From positions 192,001 to 256,000 of the forward strand of contig JALVSY010000030.1 in the NCBI GenBank assembly GCA_027036135.1: a stretch of 64,000 nt of DNA, written 5' to 3'. The position numbers and the translations under genes are program-made. Each line of letters opens with the position of its first letter. Position 1 is the stretch's first letter. Of the stretch, positions 1 to 9,707 are shown one piece after another. The notes under the pieces were generated by a model. That model was not told the origin of the DNA and did not search any database. It was given only the letters and a program-made list of their open reading frames with translations. This DNA is from Pyrodictiaceae archaeon (GTDB lineage Archaea > Thermoproteota > Thermoprotei_A > Sulfolobales > Pyrodictiaceae).

Positions 1-366
1 CAACCCATATACCTACAAGAATACATAGAGAAAGAAAACAACATGGACTTAAGGGTATTCGTTGTAGGAGATGAGGTCGTCGCGTCAATGTATAGGCAGG
101 CGACAAGGGGCTGGAAAACAAACATAGCCCGGGGGGCTAAACCCATACCTGCACATCCTAGGGAGGAAATTGCTAGGGCAGCTATAGAGGCGACAAAGGC
201 ACTAAACCTACTTTATGCAGGCGTCGATATAATAGAAGCGCCTAATGAAAACTTCTACATAATAGAGGTAAATGCTTCACCGCTCTGGAAAGGACTTCAA
301 AAGGCGACAGGAATCGATCCAGCACAATACATTGCAACAATGGTAATTGATTTAATAAAGAAATAA
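1..366 (+). CDS. RimK/LysX-family ATP-grasp ligase, C-terminal part (5' end lies outside the window)
   Basis: The frame is open from the window edge (..YLQEYIEK..DLRVFVVG). WKTNIARG, YAGVDIIE and IIEVNASP are ATP-grasp motifs. Confidence 0.85.
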   Translation, partial: QPIYLQEYIEKENNMDLRVFVVGDEVVASMYRQATRGWKTNIARGAKPIPAHPREEIARAAIEATKALNLLYAGVDIIEAPNENFYIIEVNASPLWKGLQKATGIDPAQYIATMVIDLIKK

Positions 367-371
367 ATATG

Positions 372-430
372 TCAGTTGTCCTGGCCCTCTGCATCTACGA
401 TGCTATGCTGAGCCGGTGATTTTTCATCAT
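372..430 (-). ncRNA. Box C/D sRNA candidate
   Basis: ATGATGA-guide-CTCA...guide-CTGA. The D guide matches 23S 26735-26745 (11 nt) and the D' guide matches 23S 25524-25531 (8 nt). Confidence 0.75.
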
Positions 431-473
431 CCATGCACGAATATCCTCTTAACCATATAACCTATATTTCGCG

Positions 474-1220
474 CTATATAGCTTTTGGAGCCAAGAGATA
501 CGTTACATTACCGCCAGCGGGCAGCTTGAATTGAAGCCGTAAAGGCATATCCGGCGAGAACTCTACTACTATTGTATCAGCGACCTTTGTTAGAGAGAGC
601 ACATGCTTCAGATAGTCTATGCTATAAGCCGACTTACCTGTCTCCTCTACATTAAACTCCACTACCGCAGGGGAGTCACTTCTAACCTTTGTCTCAGCAA
701 CAGCTGTGCCAACACCTCTTATGATGAGTGTTGACTCGTCGGGGGCCTCTAGCTCAACCGTGTCCCCTACAGCTTCAGCATCACGTAGGGCGTTCTTGAA
801 GGGGTCAACTATCATCGCAACACGTATCTTAAACTCAAGCTGTGCCTCAGGGATCTCGGGAACGGGTATCTCTAGATTATTTATCCTATATCTTTTCACT
901 ACTGCACCGACTATAGACCATGTAACCTTGTCCTCGGTAACCTCTATGTCCAGTTTATCCCCTTTCTTACCCCTTTTAACAAGTTTAGCGACATTAGCTA
1001 CATTAAACCCTAGCTTTACCTCATCTTCAACTTCATACTCTATGAAGCTTTCTGGCGGAAGCTCTATTGTTATGAGTGCCACGTGTGCTGGGTCTATAGC
1101 TACCGCTTTGACCCCTTCATTCGTAATAGTCATGTTAACCTCATCAACTATTTTCGATAACGAGTCAAGTATGTTGTAGAATGACTTAGCATCCGGGAAT
1201 GATAGCCTGGCTTTACCCAT
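474..1220 (-). CDS. pcn: DNA polymerase sliding clamp PCNA (paralogue 1)
   Basis: AIDPAHVALI, YSIDYL, FSPDMPLRL and YLLAPK motifs. Start taken at MGKARLSF (1220) rather than the longest ORF (1319). Confidence 0.95.
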   Translation of the reverse strand: MGKARLSFPDAKSFYNILDSLSKIVDEVNMTITNEGVKAVAIDPAHVALITIELPPESFIEYEVEDEVKLGFNVANVAKLVKRGKKGDKLDIEVTEDKVTWSIVGAVVKRYRINNLEIPVPEIPEAQLEFKIRVAMIVDPFKNALRDAEAVGDTVELEAPDESTLIIRGVGTAVAETKVRSDSPAVVEFNVEETGKSAYSIDYLKHVLSLTKVADTIVVEFSPDMPLRLQFKLPAGGNVTYLLAPKAI

Positions 1221-1378
1221 TCCTGTCCCCCCTCTACTAGTTAGCTCGGGGAAAGGGTATAAGAGTGAGGGGAGAAAGACTAGGGGCTTAACTTGGGTAG
1301 AATTATCTACATTGAGCAAAAACCAGCTCCTAATACGAGAGAACCATGTGCTCTAACCCACAGTTGCAGGGATGAGTA

Positions 1379-2284
1379 TTGGCTCAGCTCACCAATAAGA
1401 ACAGCATAAAGGCCTATGCCGAGCTACTGGAGAGGTGGCGACAACTAAAGACGAGAATAGACGCTGCCATCGAAGATAGGCTGAAGGAGCTTCCTGAAGC
1501 CGAGGCTATTAGTGTGGCAAAGTACATCGCTCTAGGGGGTAAGCGTCTGCGTGGGTTCCTGGTAGTAGAGTTTGCCTCCTCGCTTGGAGCAGACGAGGAC
1601 GATGCCTTGGACGCAGCTGTAGCTGTCGAGCTGGTTCATGCAGCCAGCCTAGCCCTCGACGATATAATAGATGAGGATATTGTTCGAAGAGGGAAAAAAG
1701 CTGCATGGGTTAGTTTTGGTATAAAGAAGGCTGTCATGGTATCTAATATTCTTATCCCTTTTGCCCAGAACATAGTGTACCAGAGATACGGCTCGCTTGC
1801 GCTACTGCGTACTGTTGCAGCCTGGCTTGACATATCCAGAGGAGAGGTTATTGATGCATTCTATGATGCGGATAGCATAGACCCCTTGCTCTACATAGAG
1901 ATGGTTAGGCTCAAGACAGGAGCCCTCTTTAGACTATCCGCCGAGCTAGGAGCAATTGTAGCTAAGGCATACGACATTATAGACTCCGTATCAGAGATAG
2001 GCGAGAACATCGGAATAATGTATCAAGTAGCCGACGATATAAGGGACAGCAATGACCCCGTGAAGAGAAACGAGCCAGGACTAAGACTCTTCCGCCGCTG
2101 GCTAAACGGCAAAGGCCCCGAGAAAGCGTTGTCATTCATAAAGAGTATGCTCATGCGCACGCACATATTGCTTGATAAAACGTTTGGCAAGAGAAGCTCA
2201 GCTATAAGGATGCTTCCCGAGCTAATTGTTAACGCGATGTTAGGGAACATTGATGCTGATGCTATAAGCTCAAACCTGGGCTGA
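1379..2284 (+). CDS. Polyprenyl diphosphate synthase
   Basis: GGKRLR, first Asp-rich motif DDIIDED..RRG, KTGALF and QVADD. Confidence 0.92.
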   Translation: MAQLTNKNSIKAYAELLERWRQLKTRIDAAIEDRLKELPEAEAISVAKYIALGGKRLRGFLVVEFASSLGADEDDALDAAVAVELVHAASLALDDIIDEDIVRRGKKAAWVSFGIKKAVMVSNILIPFAQNIVYQRYGSLALLRTVAAWLDISRGEVIDAFYDADSIDPLLYIEMVRLKTGALFRLSAELGAIVAKAYDIIDSVSEIGENIGIMYQVADDIRDSNDPVKRNEPGLRLFRRWLNGKGPEKALSFIKSMLMRTHILLDKTFGKRSSAIRMLPELIVNAMLGNIDADAISSNLG

Positions 2285-2320
2285 TGCCAATAATTTCTCT
2301 CCTATGGGGGCTGGGCCTAC

Positions 2321-3385
2321 ATGTCTGGTCATGATTTCATAGTTATAGGGGCGGGGCCTGCTGGGGCAGCCTTTACTTATTATGCTTCTAGTAGAGGTTA
2401 CCGTGTCAGAGTCTATGACCTACATGCGCCTGGTTCTAAACCATGTGGATGGGCTGTACCGCTTCAGATAAAGAAATACATTAATATACCGAGAGAATAT
2501 ATCCTTACAGAGATAAGAGGCTTTAGAATATTCCTTGACGAGAAAATGGTTAGAGAGGAAAGAGGAGAACTATGGGGCTATATAGTTGATAAACCAGGGC
2601 TTCTGAACTACCTAATAGAGTCAGCCGAGTTAGTAAAAAAGCCTATAATATTGAACCGATCATCGCTGAGGCCGCTAAGAAAAGACGACTACAGGGATCC
2701 TCGTTCCACTATTATCGCTGTAGGGAGCATTGGTGCGCCGAGACTAGGCACCGATTACATAAACGCTGTACAACAAATAGTTAAAGTAAAAAGATCCATC
2801 GATACAGATATCATAGAGATATGGTTTGATAGCAGCCTCGTTGGCTACTACTGGGTCTTCCCGCGAGACACACATGTAGCAGATATCGGTGTAGGAGGTT
2901 ATGGTTCCTTCGAGGAGTTTAAGAAAAGACTAGTAATTTTTGTGAAGAAGCGCTTCAGGGACTCAGAGTCATTATCTCCTATAAAAGGCGCGAGAATAAA
3001 CGTAGGCGGTGTAAATGTCTCGCTCTTTGTCCGAGACGAGTTCCCAGTAATAGGCGAAGCAGCCGGATTCGTATACCCTATAACTGGTGAAGGAATAAGA
3101 CCAAGCATTGCTTCTGCATTCGCGCTCTTTAACAAGATGGAGAAAGGCACTGATCCTTTAAAGACAATTAATAATGTAATTACCTGGATTAATAGGCAGA
3201 GAAAGCTCTTACAGAAAATTATTGAGAGCAGACCTAGTACTCGCGCAGCGGTACTAGAGTCACTGCCAACTAGTTTATTTACATCAATAGGACTTGGCGA
3301 ACTTGATCTCAAGTCGGCTGTAAAGCTATTACTATCTCTTCCGCGTGGAGCAGTAAAGGTCTTACAAGTACTATTAAGGGACTAA
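2321..3385 (+). CDS. Geranylgeranyl reductase-family FAD oxidoreductase
   Basis: GAGPAG, KPCG, GYYWVFP and GEAAGFVYPITGEGI motifs. Directly follows the prenyl synthase. Confidence 0.88.
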   Translation: MSGHDFIVIGAGPAGAAFTYYASSRGYRVRVYDLHAPGSKPCGWAVPLQIKKYINIPREYILTEIRGFRIFLDEKMVREERGELWGYIVDKPGLLNYLIESAELVKKPIILNRSSLRPLRKDDYRDPRSTIIAVGSIGAPRLGTDYINAVQQIVKVKRSIDTDIIEIWFDSSLVGYYWVFPRDTHVADIGVGGYGSFEEFKKRLVIFVKKRFRDSESLSPIKGARINVGGVNVSLFVRDEFPVIGEAAGFVYPITGEGIRPSIASAFALFNKMEKGTDPLKTINNVITWINRQRKLLQKIIESRPSTRAAVLESLPTSLFTSIGLGELDLKSAVKLLLSLPRGAVKVLQVLLRD

Positions 3386-3391
3386 CATAAC

Positions 3392-3454
3392 TCAGTGAGA
3401 GAGCTCGTCCTCACCCCGGGGCCATGCCCGGTCGGATGGTTTGCTATTCATCAC
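3392..3454 (-). ncRNA. Box C/D sRNA candidate
   Basis: GTGATGA/CCGA/GTGAGGA/CTGA boxes. Guides match 23S 27232-27240 and 27211-27218. Confidence 0.8.
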
Positions 3455-3468
3455 TATCCCTGGCTTAG

Positions 3469-3524
3469 ATGAAGAGGGTTATCGGTCAACTGAGTAGCTA
3501 CGTGATGAAGCTGGACCCGCTTGA
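3469..3524 (+). ncRNA. Box C/D sRNA candidate
   Basis: ATGAAGA/CTGA/GTGATGA/TTGA boxes. The D' guide can pair with 16S 23187-23195 (one G-U). No target found for the D guide. Confidence 0.65.
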
Positions 3525-3546
3525 TACATTTCGGCCACGTTGTGCC

Positions 3547-3608
3547 TCAGAGGAGCCAGGGGATATTTCATCGCATCTATAGCTCATTGACGTCCGACGG
3601 GTCTTCAT
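3547..3608 (-). ncRNA. Box C/D sRNA candidate
   Basis: ATGAAGA/ATGA/GCGATGA/CTGA boxes. Guides pair with adjacent 16S sites 23613-23622 (1 mismatch) and 23634-23643 (1 G-U). Confidence 0.7.
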
Positions 3609-3612
3609 CGGC

Positions 3613-3668
3613 TGAGTAGTTCCATAACTGATATCATTATCTACGTCGGTAAATCGACCCTTCTTCAT
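3613..3668 (-). ncRNA. Box C/D sRNA candidate
   Basis: ATGAAGA/CCGA/ATAATGA/CTCA boxes. The D' guide matches 23S 27221-27228. Confidence 0.6.
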
Positions 3669-3734
3669 CCACCCCTTGCAGAGAAGGCAGGGGGTGTACG
3701 TTTATGTCGGCCTCCTCACACTGTTCCGGGATAA

Positions 3735-4478
3735 TTATCTAAGGCCCAGTATCTGTTCTATAAACTCTCTTAGTGCATCACGGCCCTTTGCGTAATATAT
3801 CTTCGCGTACTCGAAGATAGGGAGCCTTTTTAGTGCCTCATTGAACACTTTTATGGCTTTTGTATCAGGGATTTCCAGCTCTATGTCGAGACACACTCTC
3901 CATATAATATCCTGTATCTTTGCTATCATTTCCGAGTCTGTTGAATCGGCTTGGTGAACTATCTGTGACTCGATCATTGTGAAAGGAACAGTGCCGTGAA
4001 CCTCTGCTACTGCTCTAATAAGTCGCTCAGGTGCACTGCGCGACGAAAGCTCCGCTACCATGGCGAAGTCGTGGCTAAAGTACCAGTCTGAGCGAGGCCT
4101 ATATCCACCAGTTAGAGGGTCTCGCTCGTATTGATAATATTTGAATAGGTCGTGGAGTATTGCTGCTGCAATTACTATATCCCTATCAATGCTTGCCCCA
4201 TATATACCGCTATATACCTCCATTAATTTCTCGGATATCTCGGTAACGCCAAGAGTATGATCAAGTAATCCCCCAGGATACGCATGGTGCTTCTTTGGAG
4301 CAGCGGGGCTCTCTATGAAGCTTATGCGTGGCTCTACCTTAGTGAAAGTTATTACAGGGTTCTCCAGAAGCTCCTTAGTAATCTTTCTTATCTCATTGTC
4401 TCTTATTTCACTTATTTTTGATTCAAGAATGGATATTATTTTCCGTGCCCTCTCCTCTAGGGCCTCCATGTCCTCCAC
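3735..4478 (-). CDS. HD-domain phosphohydrolase (YhaM-like HD domain)
   Basis: PAA..HHAYPGGLLDHT, LHDLFK and HQAD motifs. Confidence 0.85.
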   Translation of the reverse strand: MEDMEALEERARKIISILESKISEIRDNEIRKITKELLENPVITFTKVEPRISFIESPAAPKKHHAYPGGLLDHTLGVTEISEKLMEVYSGIYGASIDRDIVIAAAILHDLFKYYQYERDPLTGGYRPRSDWYFSHDFAMVAELSSRSAPERLIRAVAEVHGTVPFTMIESQIVHQADSTDSEMIAKIQDIIWRVCLDIELEIPDTKAIKVFNEALKRLPIFEYAKIYYAKGRDALREFIEQILGLR

Positions 4479-4570
4479 CCATTACGCAATCATGATTGGT
4501 TTATAGGGTTCCTAGTAGTTCTTGATTCCTCGTTGTCGTGTGTTAATATAGGTTTGTGGAGAAGGGTGGC

Positions 4571-4629
4571 TCAGAGCTGGTGTCCATCATCAGTACTCAA
4601 GGGCTCTCAGCAATACCAGCCCTCTTCAT
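4571..4629 (-). ncRNA. Box C/D sRNA candidate
   Basis: ATGAAGA/CTGA/CTGATGA/CTGA boxes with a short GGC/GCC terminal stem. Guides match 16S 23398-23408 (11 nt) and 23378-23385 (8 nt). Confidence 0.85.
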
Positions 4630-4719
4630 AGCCATGAGGTACTATTTGTTATTCAACTCATTAATAGAGCTTACCGCTAGGAGGGAAAGTGGCACTAATG
4701 AGAAAGGCAGGTCATCGAT

Positions 4720-6141
4720 ATGATGTGCAAGCATAACGAGATAGAGCTAGAGGTATTAAGAAGCATAGTGCCGACAAGGGAGGATAGAGAGCTTCTCAAC
4801 ACTGTGTCGGAGAAGGCACGTTCTCTTATAAGCAAGTTCCTTGAAGAGGTTAGTATAGGCGCGCTCATAACTCTTGAGGGAAGCTATGCTAAGGATACTT
4901 GGCTACGTGGAGATGTTGACCTAGACTTATTCATACTATTACCGCGAGAGAATTGCCTCAACATAATAGAGCAGGGACTTATAGATAGGCTCGAGGAGTG
5001 GCTACGAGAAAAAGGCTACATAGTTCAGCGCAGGTATGCCCAGCACCCGTATCTACGTGTATTTTTGGACAATGTATGGGTAGAGGTTGTACCTGGTTGC
5101 CGGGTCGATGATCCTTCTAGGCCTTTGACCCCTGTTGACCGGACACCGTTTCATCGAAGATACGTGGTATCACATACGACGCCGGAGCAGAGGAACGAGA
5201 TACGATTATTGAAGTCGTTTCTGAAAGGCATAGAGGTGTATGGCGCGGAGATAGCTGTTCAGGGTTTTTCTGGCTACCTTGCAGAACTCCTAGTGATAAA
5301 GTATGGATGCTTCCGTGATCTCCTAATAGAGGCTAGTGAGAATTGGAGACCCCGGCTTGTAATAACCCTCAACGAGGTAGAGAAAGAGTATGTTAATAAG
5401 CTTAGAAAAATGTATCAAGATGCTCCACTGATAGTAGTGGATCCTGTTGATCCCGGCCGCAATGTCGCTGCTGCTTTGTCGTATAGGTCGTTTGCAACAT
5501 TTATACTAGCGGCAAGACTCTATTTGGAAAAACCGTCTATCAAGTTCTTCCACGTGAGCAGAGGGAAATATCTCATCCAAAGCCCCGGAGAAATAGTAGC
5601 AGGGACAGCTGATAGAACAGAAAACATAGTACTGGTAACGCTCTCCTCCGATGAACCAGAGCCTCCTGATAACTTCTGGGGCATTGCTCGCCGTGTAGCA
5701 CGCCTGGTAAAAAGAGTACTCGAGATAAATGATTTCAGAGTACTTGATCACAGCGTGTATGTAAATAAGGATAGCACAAGAGCACTCATAGCATTAGAGC
5801 TCGAGAAGAGAATAGTATCTAGGTATAAGCTGCACTATGGACCACCTGCATGGAACAAGGAGAATACATCCAAGTTCCTAGAGAAACACTTGGCAAGCGG
5901 CTCTATAGGGCCCTGGGTAGACGAATCAGGCAGACTCGTTGTTATCAGGAAGAGAAGGTACACTGATGCATTAGATGCTATAAGGGAGACAATAAACCAG
6001 TGGCTTCCAAGCTCGGCTCGAAAATACCGTATCAAGGTATCAATGCTTCTAGGCCTTCTAGACTCCCTTCATAGGGATGAGCTCCAATGGCTAGAGAAAT
6101 TCGTGACAAAAAGACCTCAGTGGATGAACTCATACCGATAG
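4720..6141 (+). CDS. cca: Archaeal (class I) CCA-adding enzyme
   Basis: GSYAKDTWL.GDVDLD, YAQHPY, DRTPFH, GFSGYLAELL and DPVDP.RNVAAA. Confidence 0.97.
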   Translation: MMCKHNEIELEVLRSIVPTREDRELLNTVSEKARSLISKFLEEVSIGALITLEGSYAKDTWLRGDVDLDLFILLPRENCLNIIEQGLIDRLEEWLREKGYIVQRRYAQHPYLRVFLDNVWVEVVPGCRVDDPSRPLTPVDRTPFHRRYVVSHTTPEQRNEIRLLKSFLKGIEVYGAEIAVQGFSGYLAELLVIKYGCFRDLLIEASENWRPRLVITLNEVEKEYVNKLRKMYQDAPLIVVDPVDPGRNVAAALSYRSFATFILAARLYLEKPSIKFFHVSRGKYLIQSPGEIVAGTADRTENIVLVTLSSDEPEPPDNFWGIARRVARLVKRVLEINDFRVLDHSVYVNKDSTRALIALELEKRIVSRYKLHYGPPAWNKENTSKFLEKHLASGSIGPWVDESGRLVVIRKRRYTDALDAIRETINQWLPSSARKYRIKVSMLLGLLDSLHRDELQWLEKFVTKRPQWMNSYR

Positions 6142-6857
6142 AGAGGGCAAGGGACGCGATATGTTATCCTGACCCGATGTCTGAAACCTGTGACAAGCTG
6201 ATAAAAGCCCTAGTAAGGAGCGGTATAATGTACTTCGTCAACAAGGGCCCCATAACTATAAACAGGTACAAAGTACTTGGCAAGGGCTGGGCAAGCATAG
6301 TATTCTTGGCAAGAATAGGCAACAGAGACGTGGCTGTCAAGGCCCTGAGGCCTGGCTCGCGGAGACACACACTACTCCACGAAGCCGCAATGCTCCTAGC
6401 AGCCTCAAGACTTGACATATCCCCAAGGCCTTACTACTATGACCACCTCTTCATAGCGATGCAGTACCTGGACTCAATCCCCCTAATAAACTACGCCAAA
6501 CAAGCCAACCTCTTGGAACTAAGATATGTGCTCAGAAGGTTACTAACAAAAGCCTATCTACTAGACCTCATCGGTATAAGCCACAACGAGCTAGCTAGGC
6601 CACATAACCAAGTCTTGGTAGAGAAGGGGACCAGTGAGCCCTACATAATAGACTTCGAGGCCGCAACGATATCAACAAACCCATCAAACTTAACACAGTT
6701 AGTGGGCGGCATCCTAAGAATAAGGAAGATAAGAGAAACCATAGACATAGACGTCTCCGAGATAAGAGAACTGCTACGAGGCTATAAGCTCGCAAAAAAC
6801 ACTGAACAGAGAACCGAAGTGGTGAACATCTTGATAAACAGGATCGCTCCACTCTAA
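6087..6857 (+). CDS. Atypical Ser/Thr protein kinase (RIO/Bud32-like)
   Basis: LGKGWASIV glycine loop, VAVK, HNEL and IIDFE. Confidence 0.8.
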   Translation: MAREIRDKKTSVDELIPIERARDAICYPDPMSETCDKLIKALVRSGIMYFVNKGPITINRYKVLGKGWASIVFLARIGNRDVAVKALRPGSRRHTLLHEAAMLLAASRLDISPRPYYYDHLFIAMQYLDSIPLINYAKQANLLELRYVLRRLLTKAYLLDLIGISHNELARPHNQVLVEKGTSEPYIIDFEAATISTNPSNLTQLVGGILRIRKIRETIDIDVSEIRELLRGYKLAKNTEQRTEVVNILINRIAPL

Positions 6858-6899
6858 AAACGGCAAGAAATAGGGAGCGAATAAAGAGGGAACACCGAG

Positions 6900-7265
6900 A
6901 TGGTTGTTAAGGACCAAGCCACCTTATGCGAGGCTATAGAACTACTTCCAAAAAGAGCTAGGAAAACCATCATAATGATAGTACTCAATAATGGCTACGC
7001 AACAAAAGACGTAGCCGAGTTAATGGGAGTAAGCATATCAGCTGTCTCGAGATACACACATGATGAACTAGCGCCAAGCGCGTCCTCGCTATGCAGACTA
7101 CTTAGCCTAGTAGATGAGAAGACCAAGACGCAGATAATCAATTACATAGTAGAGGAGCTATGGTTAGTTCTCTCAATGCTTCTGAGAGAAACAGAGCCCT
7201 CAATCATAGAGCAAATAGCAGACGACATTGCAAGAATAATAGTGAAGAAGACCGAGACTAGGTAG
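6900..7265 (+). CDS. HTH transcriptional regulator
   Basis: TKDVAELMGVSISAVSRY helix-turn-helix. Confidence 0.75.
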   Translation: MVVKDQATLCEAIELLPKRARKTIIMIVLNNGYATKDVAELMGVSISAVSRYTHDELAPSASSLCRLLSLVDEKTKTQIINYIVEELWLVLSMLLRETEPSIIEQIADDIARIIVKKTETR

Positions 7266-7277
7266 CATATAAGTTAT

Positions 7278-7365
7278 TGGTGCGGGGGGTGGGATTTGAA
7301 CCCACGCAGGCCTACGCCAGCGGGTCCTAAGCCCGCCCCCTTTGACCTGGCTCGGGCACCCCCGC
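7278..7365 (-). tRNA. tRNA-Leu(TAG)
   Basis: Cloverleaf with anticodon arm GCGGG-CTTAGGA-CCCGC, long variable arm, GTTCAAATC and encoded CCA. Confidence 0.97.
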
Positions 7366-7462
7366 GCCCACCGAGCAGCGGGGGATTACCCCGGGTGCTA
7401 ATGACTCTAGACTAATCCTGGGATAAATATAATTTTACCGTCATAGAGTCCTTAGTTCTTCG

Positions 7463-8059
7463 CTACTTACCTTTATCCATGTATTGTCTTATCACTTCTC
7501 TTATCACGCGGATCAAGGTCTCACCACTACATTCGCCCAGGCTTACCTCAAAGAATTTCTCTATCGCGTAACATTCTTTCTCAATAATTTCCTTTGAGTT
7601 ATTAGCCTCCGAGTATAGGTTGATTAGCTTCTCGTTTATTCTCAGGAACTCTGGTCCCCACTTGAACACCGAGAGCAACTCTTGTGCCTGCTCATTAAAC
7701 CCTGTAATTAACAGTGATGCTGCTAGGGCTTCAGCACTACTAAGCAAGTATGGTTTCCCATAGTTTACGGGATTAGCTGCAAGTAATAGGGGGAGCCTTC
7801 TACGAAGACCCCGGTGCTTACCAAGTATCGTCCTTATTTTCCGCCATGACGCGTCAAGTACTACTACACCGTAGCGCTCTAAGAGGCCTTTGTCAATCTT
7901 CGATAAAGGATGCGGAGACAAGGGGTCAAGCACAATGCTGGTTGCTGGTAGCCTCTCTACACGCTTCACCATGCCAAGTCTTATCAGTTTATGCACTGTA
8001 TTGTACCTGGGATTATCGTGTCGATAGTAAAGCGCGTATAGCTTCACCATCTTAATCAA
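7463..8059 (-). CDS. tsr3: 16S rRNA aminocarboxypropyltransferase Tsr3
   Basis: LDASW, RRLPLLLAANPVNYG, LSSAEALAA and FKWG..F..IN. Confidence 0.93.
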   Translation of the reverse strand: MIKMVKLYALYYRHDNPRYNTVHKLIRLGMVKRVERLPATSIVLDPLSPHPLSKIDKGLLERYGVVVLDASWRKIRTILGKHRGLRRRLPLLLAANPVNYGKPYLLSSAEALAASLLITGFNEQAQELLSVFKWGPEFLRINEKLINLYSEANNSKEIIEKECYAIEKFFEVSLGECSGETLIRVIREVIRQYMDKGK

Positions 8060-8191
8060 CGCTCATTGCTGCAAATACAATGCTCCCATTTTCATGAAAT
8101 GCTCTATCAACAAGTATATTTTCGCTACCATTGATATAGTTTACCCGGAGCACTCTCTAGCCCGAATACTCTTCCTCGGAGGAGAACACGC

Positions 8192-8437
8192 ATGCCTAAA
8201 GCCATAGTGCTCATAAACACCGAGATAGGGGCTGACGAAGAGGTATTCGAGACCCTCAAAAATGTTCCAGAGATGAGAGCTGCGTACATGGTCTACGGGC
8301 TATACGATGTAGTGGCTATAGTAGAGAGCGACGATATGAACAAGCTAAGAGACATAATATATAAGCACATAAGAAGCCATGGCAAGGTTCGCTCAACACT
8401 AACCATGATAGTTGTAAAGGACTACGAGAAGAAGTAA
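8192..8437 (+). CDS. Stand-alone Lrp/AsnC ligand-binding (RAM) domain protein
   Basis: VYGLYDVVAIVE and VRSTLTMIV. No HTH. Confidence 0.85.
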   Translation: MPKAIVLINTEIGADEEVFETLKNVPEMRAAYMVYGLYDVVAIVESDDMNKLRDIIYKHIRSHGKVRSTLTMIVVKDYEKK

Positions 8438-8471
8438 CAGGGGATCCCCGCCTGAAGGGGAGAGAAGCCTA

Positions 8472-9707
8472 GTGATCCTAGCCATAGGCATTGATAGTTT
8501 TGATACCGCTTTTGCAGGCTGCACGACACATTTTTCCTCACTATATGTAGCCGCTCTACTAAGTAGTGGCTACGAACTGGCAGATTACCCCTGGCTCGTG
8601 AGACTTAATCCAGCAATACCCTGGAAAACCCGAGGCAATGGAGCTATAGCGCTATACGTCTATGTTGATAGTCGCGACGATGCTACCAGGGCTATTCAAT
8701 TACTAAGGGAACTTACAAGAGCTTATAGTATTAGCCCCAAGGCATCCTATATAGCTGTGCTATTCGGCCACGATGATATTAGGGAGTATTTAGCAGAAAG
8801 ACCACAGTGCCTAACATCCCTGTATGATAGAGCGGTACACGAGGCTATTCCTAGAGACCTTGTACATGACTGCATAAGGAATATGAGGTCTAATATAATA
8901 GATGTTTTGGGACTAGATAATCGTGGTATTGTGGGCTCTGTTGCTGCACTCGGTATGAGACTTGATGACTATACCTTTGAGCTTACAATGTACAGGAAGA
9001 TAGAGAACTGGAATAAGCCAAGAGAGATAGATAGGGATAGCATTGTGCGATTCGACGTAGCTACTAAGCCCTACACATTCCTTAACATAGACTACACTAT
9101 AGGAAAACCACTAATAGCACCCCATGGCTACGACCCTGTACTCTACGCTGTTAGGGGTGAGAATCCCGATATACTCCTAAAGGCGCTCACCTTGATAGAT
9201 CCCGGTGAGGAACCGAGCCACGGGATACTGCATAGAAGTAACCAGGCAACAGACGCTCATCTGCGCAGGAAGAACATAAACCAGATACGCCCATACGACA
9301 ACGTTGTAGTGAAAGGTATCCTTAGGAACCCCCGCTGGATTCCCGGAGGTCACTTGCTCCTAGATCTATGCGACGATACTAGCTGCATGATTGTAGCTTT
9401 TTATCGTGAAACCAGGTGGCTAAGACACTATGCTGCATCTCTGACTGAGAACTATCTAGTGGAGGTTGGTGGCCAAGTAAAGCCGCACCGCGACACCATA
9501 ACGCTTAACGCTGAATACGTCGGAATAAGAGGTTGTTTAAAAGAACCATGCATGTATACAGGGCCACTAACTCTTAGGCCTCCCCCTAGTACCTTCCACC
9601 ACCTAATGCGCCCCCCAGAACGCAGGGCGGGAGAAAAAGCACTAATACTAACTCCTCCGAGGATCGTATTCATTCAGAACCAAGAGACTTTACAGACTAG
9701 TAACTGA
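8472..9707 (+). CDS. tiaS: tRNA(Ile2) agmatinylcytidine synthase TiaS
   Basis: GCTTH, LVRLNPAIPWKTRGNGA, PHGYDPVLY, SNQATDAHL, GGH and a C-terminal HL.RP. Confidence 0.9.
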   Translation: MILAIGIDSFDTAFAGCTTHFSSLYVAALLSSGYELADYPWLVRLNPAIPWKTRGNGAIALYVYVDSRDDATRAIQLLRELTRAYSISPKASYIAVLFGHDDIREYLAERPQCLTSLYDRAVHEAIPRDLVHDCIRNMRSNIIDVLGLDNRGIVGSVAALGMRLDDYTFELTMYRKIENWNKPREIDRDSIVRFDVATKPYTFLNIDYTIGKPLIAPHGYDPVLYAVRGENPDILLKALTLIDPGEEPSHGILHRSNQATDAHLRRKNINQIRPYDNVVVKGILRNPRWIPGGHLLLDLCDDTSCMIVAFYRETRWLRHYAASLTENYLVEVGGQVKPHRDTITLNAEYVGIRGCLKEPCMYTGPLTLRPPPSTFHHLMRPPERRAGEKALILTPPRIVFIQNQETLQTSN

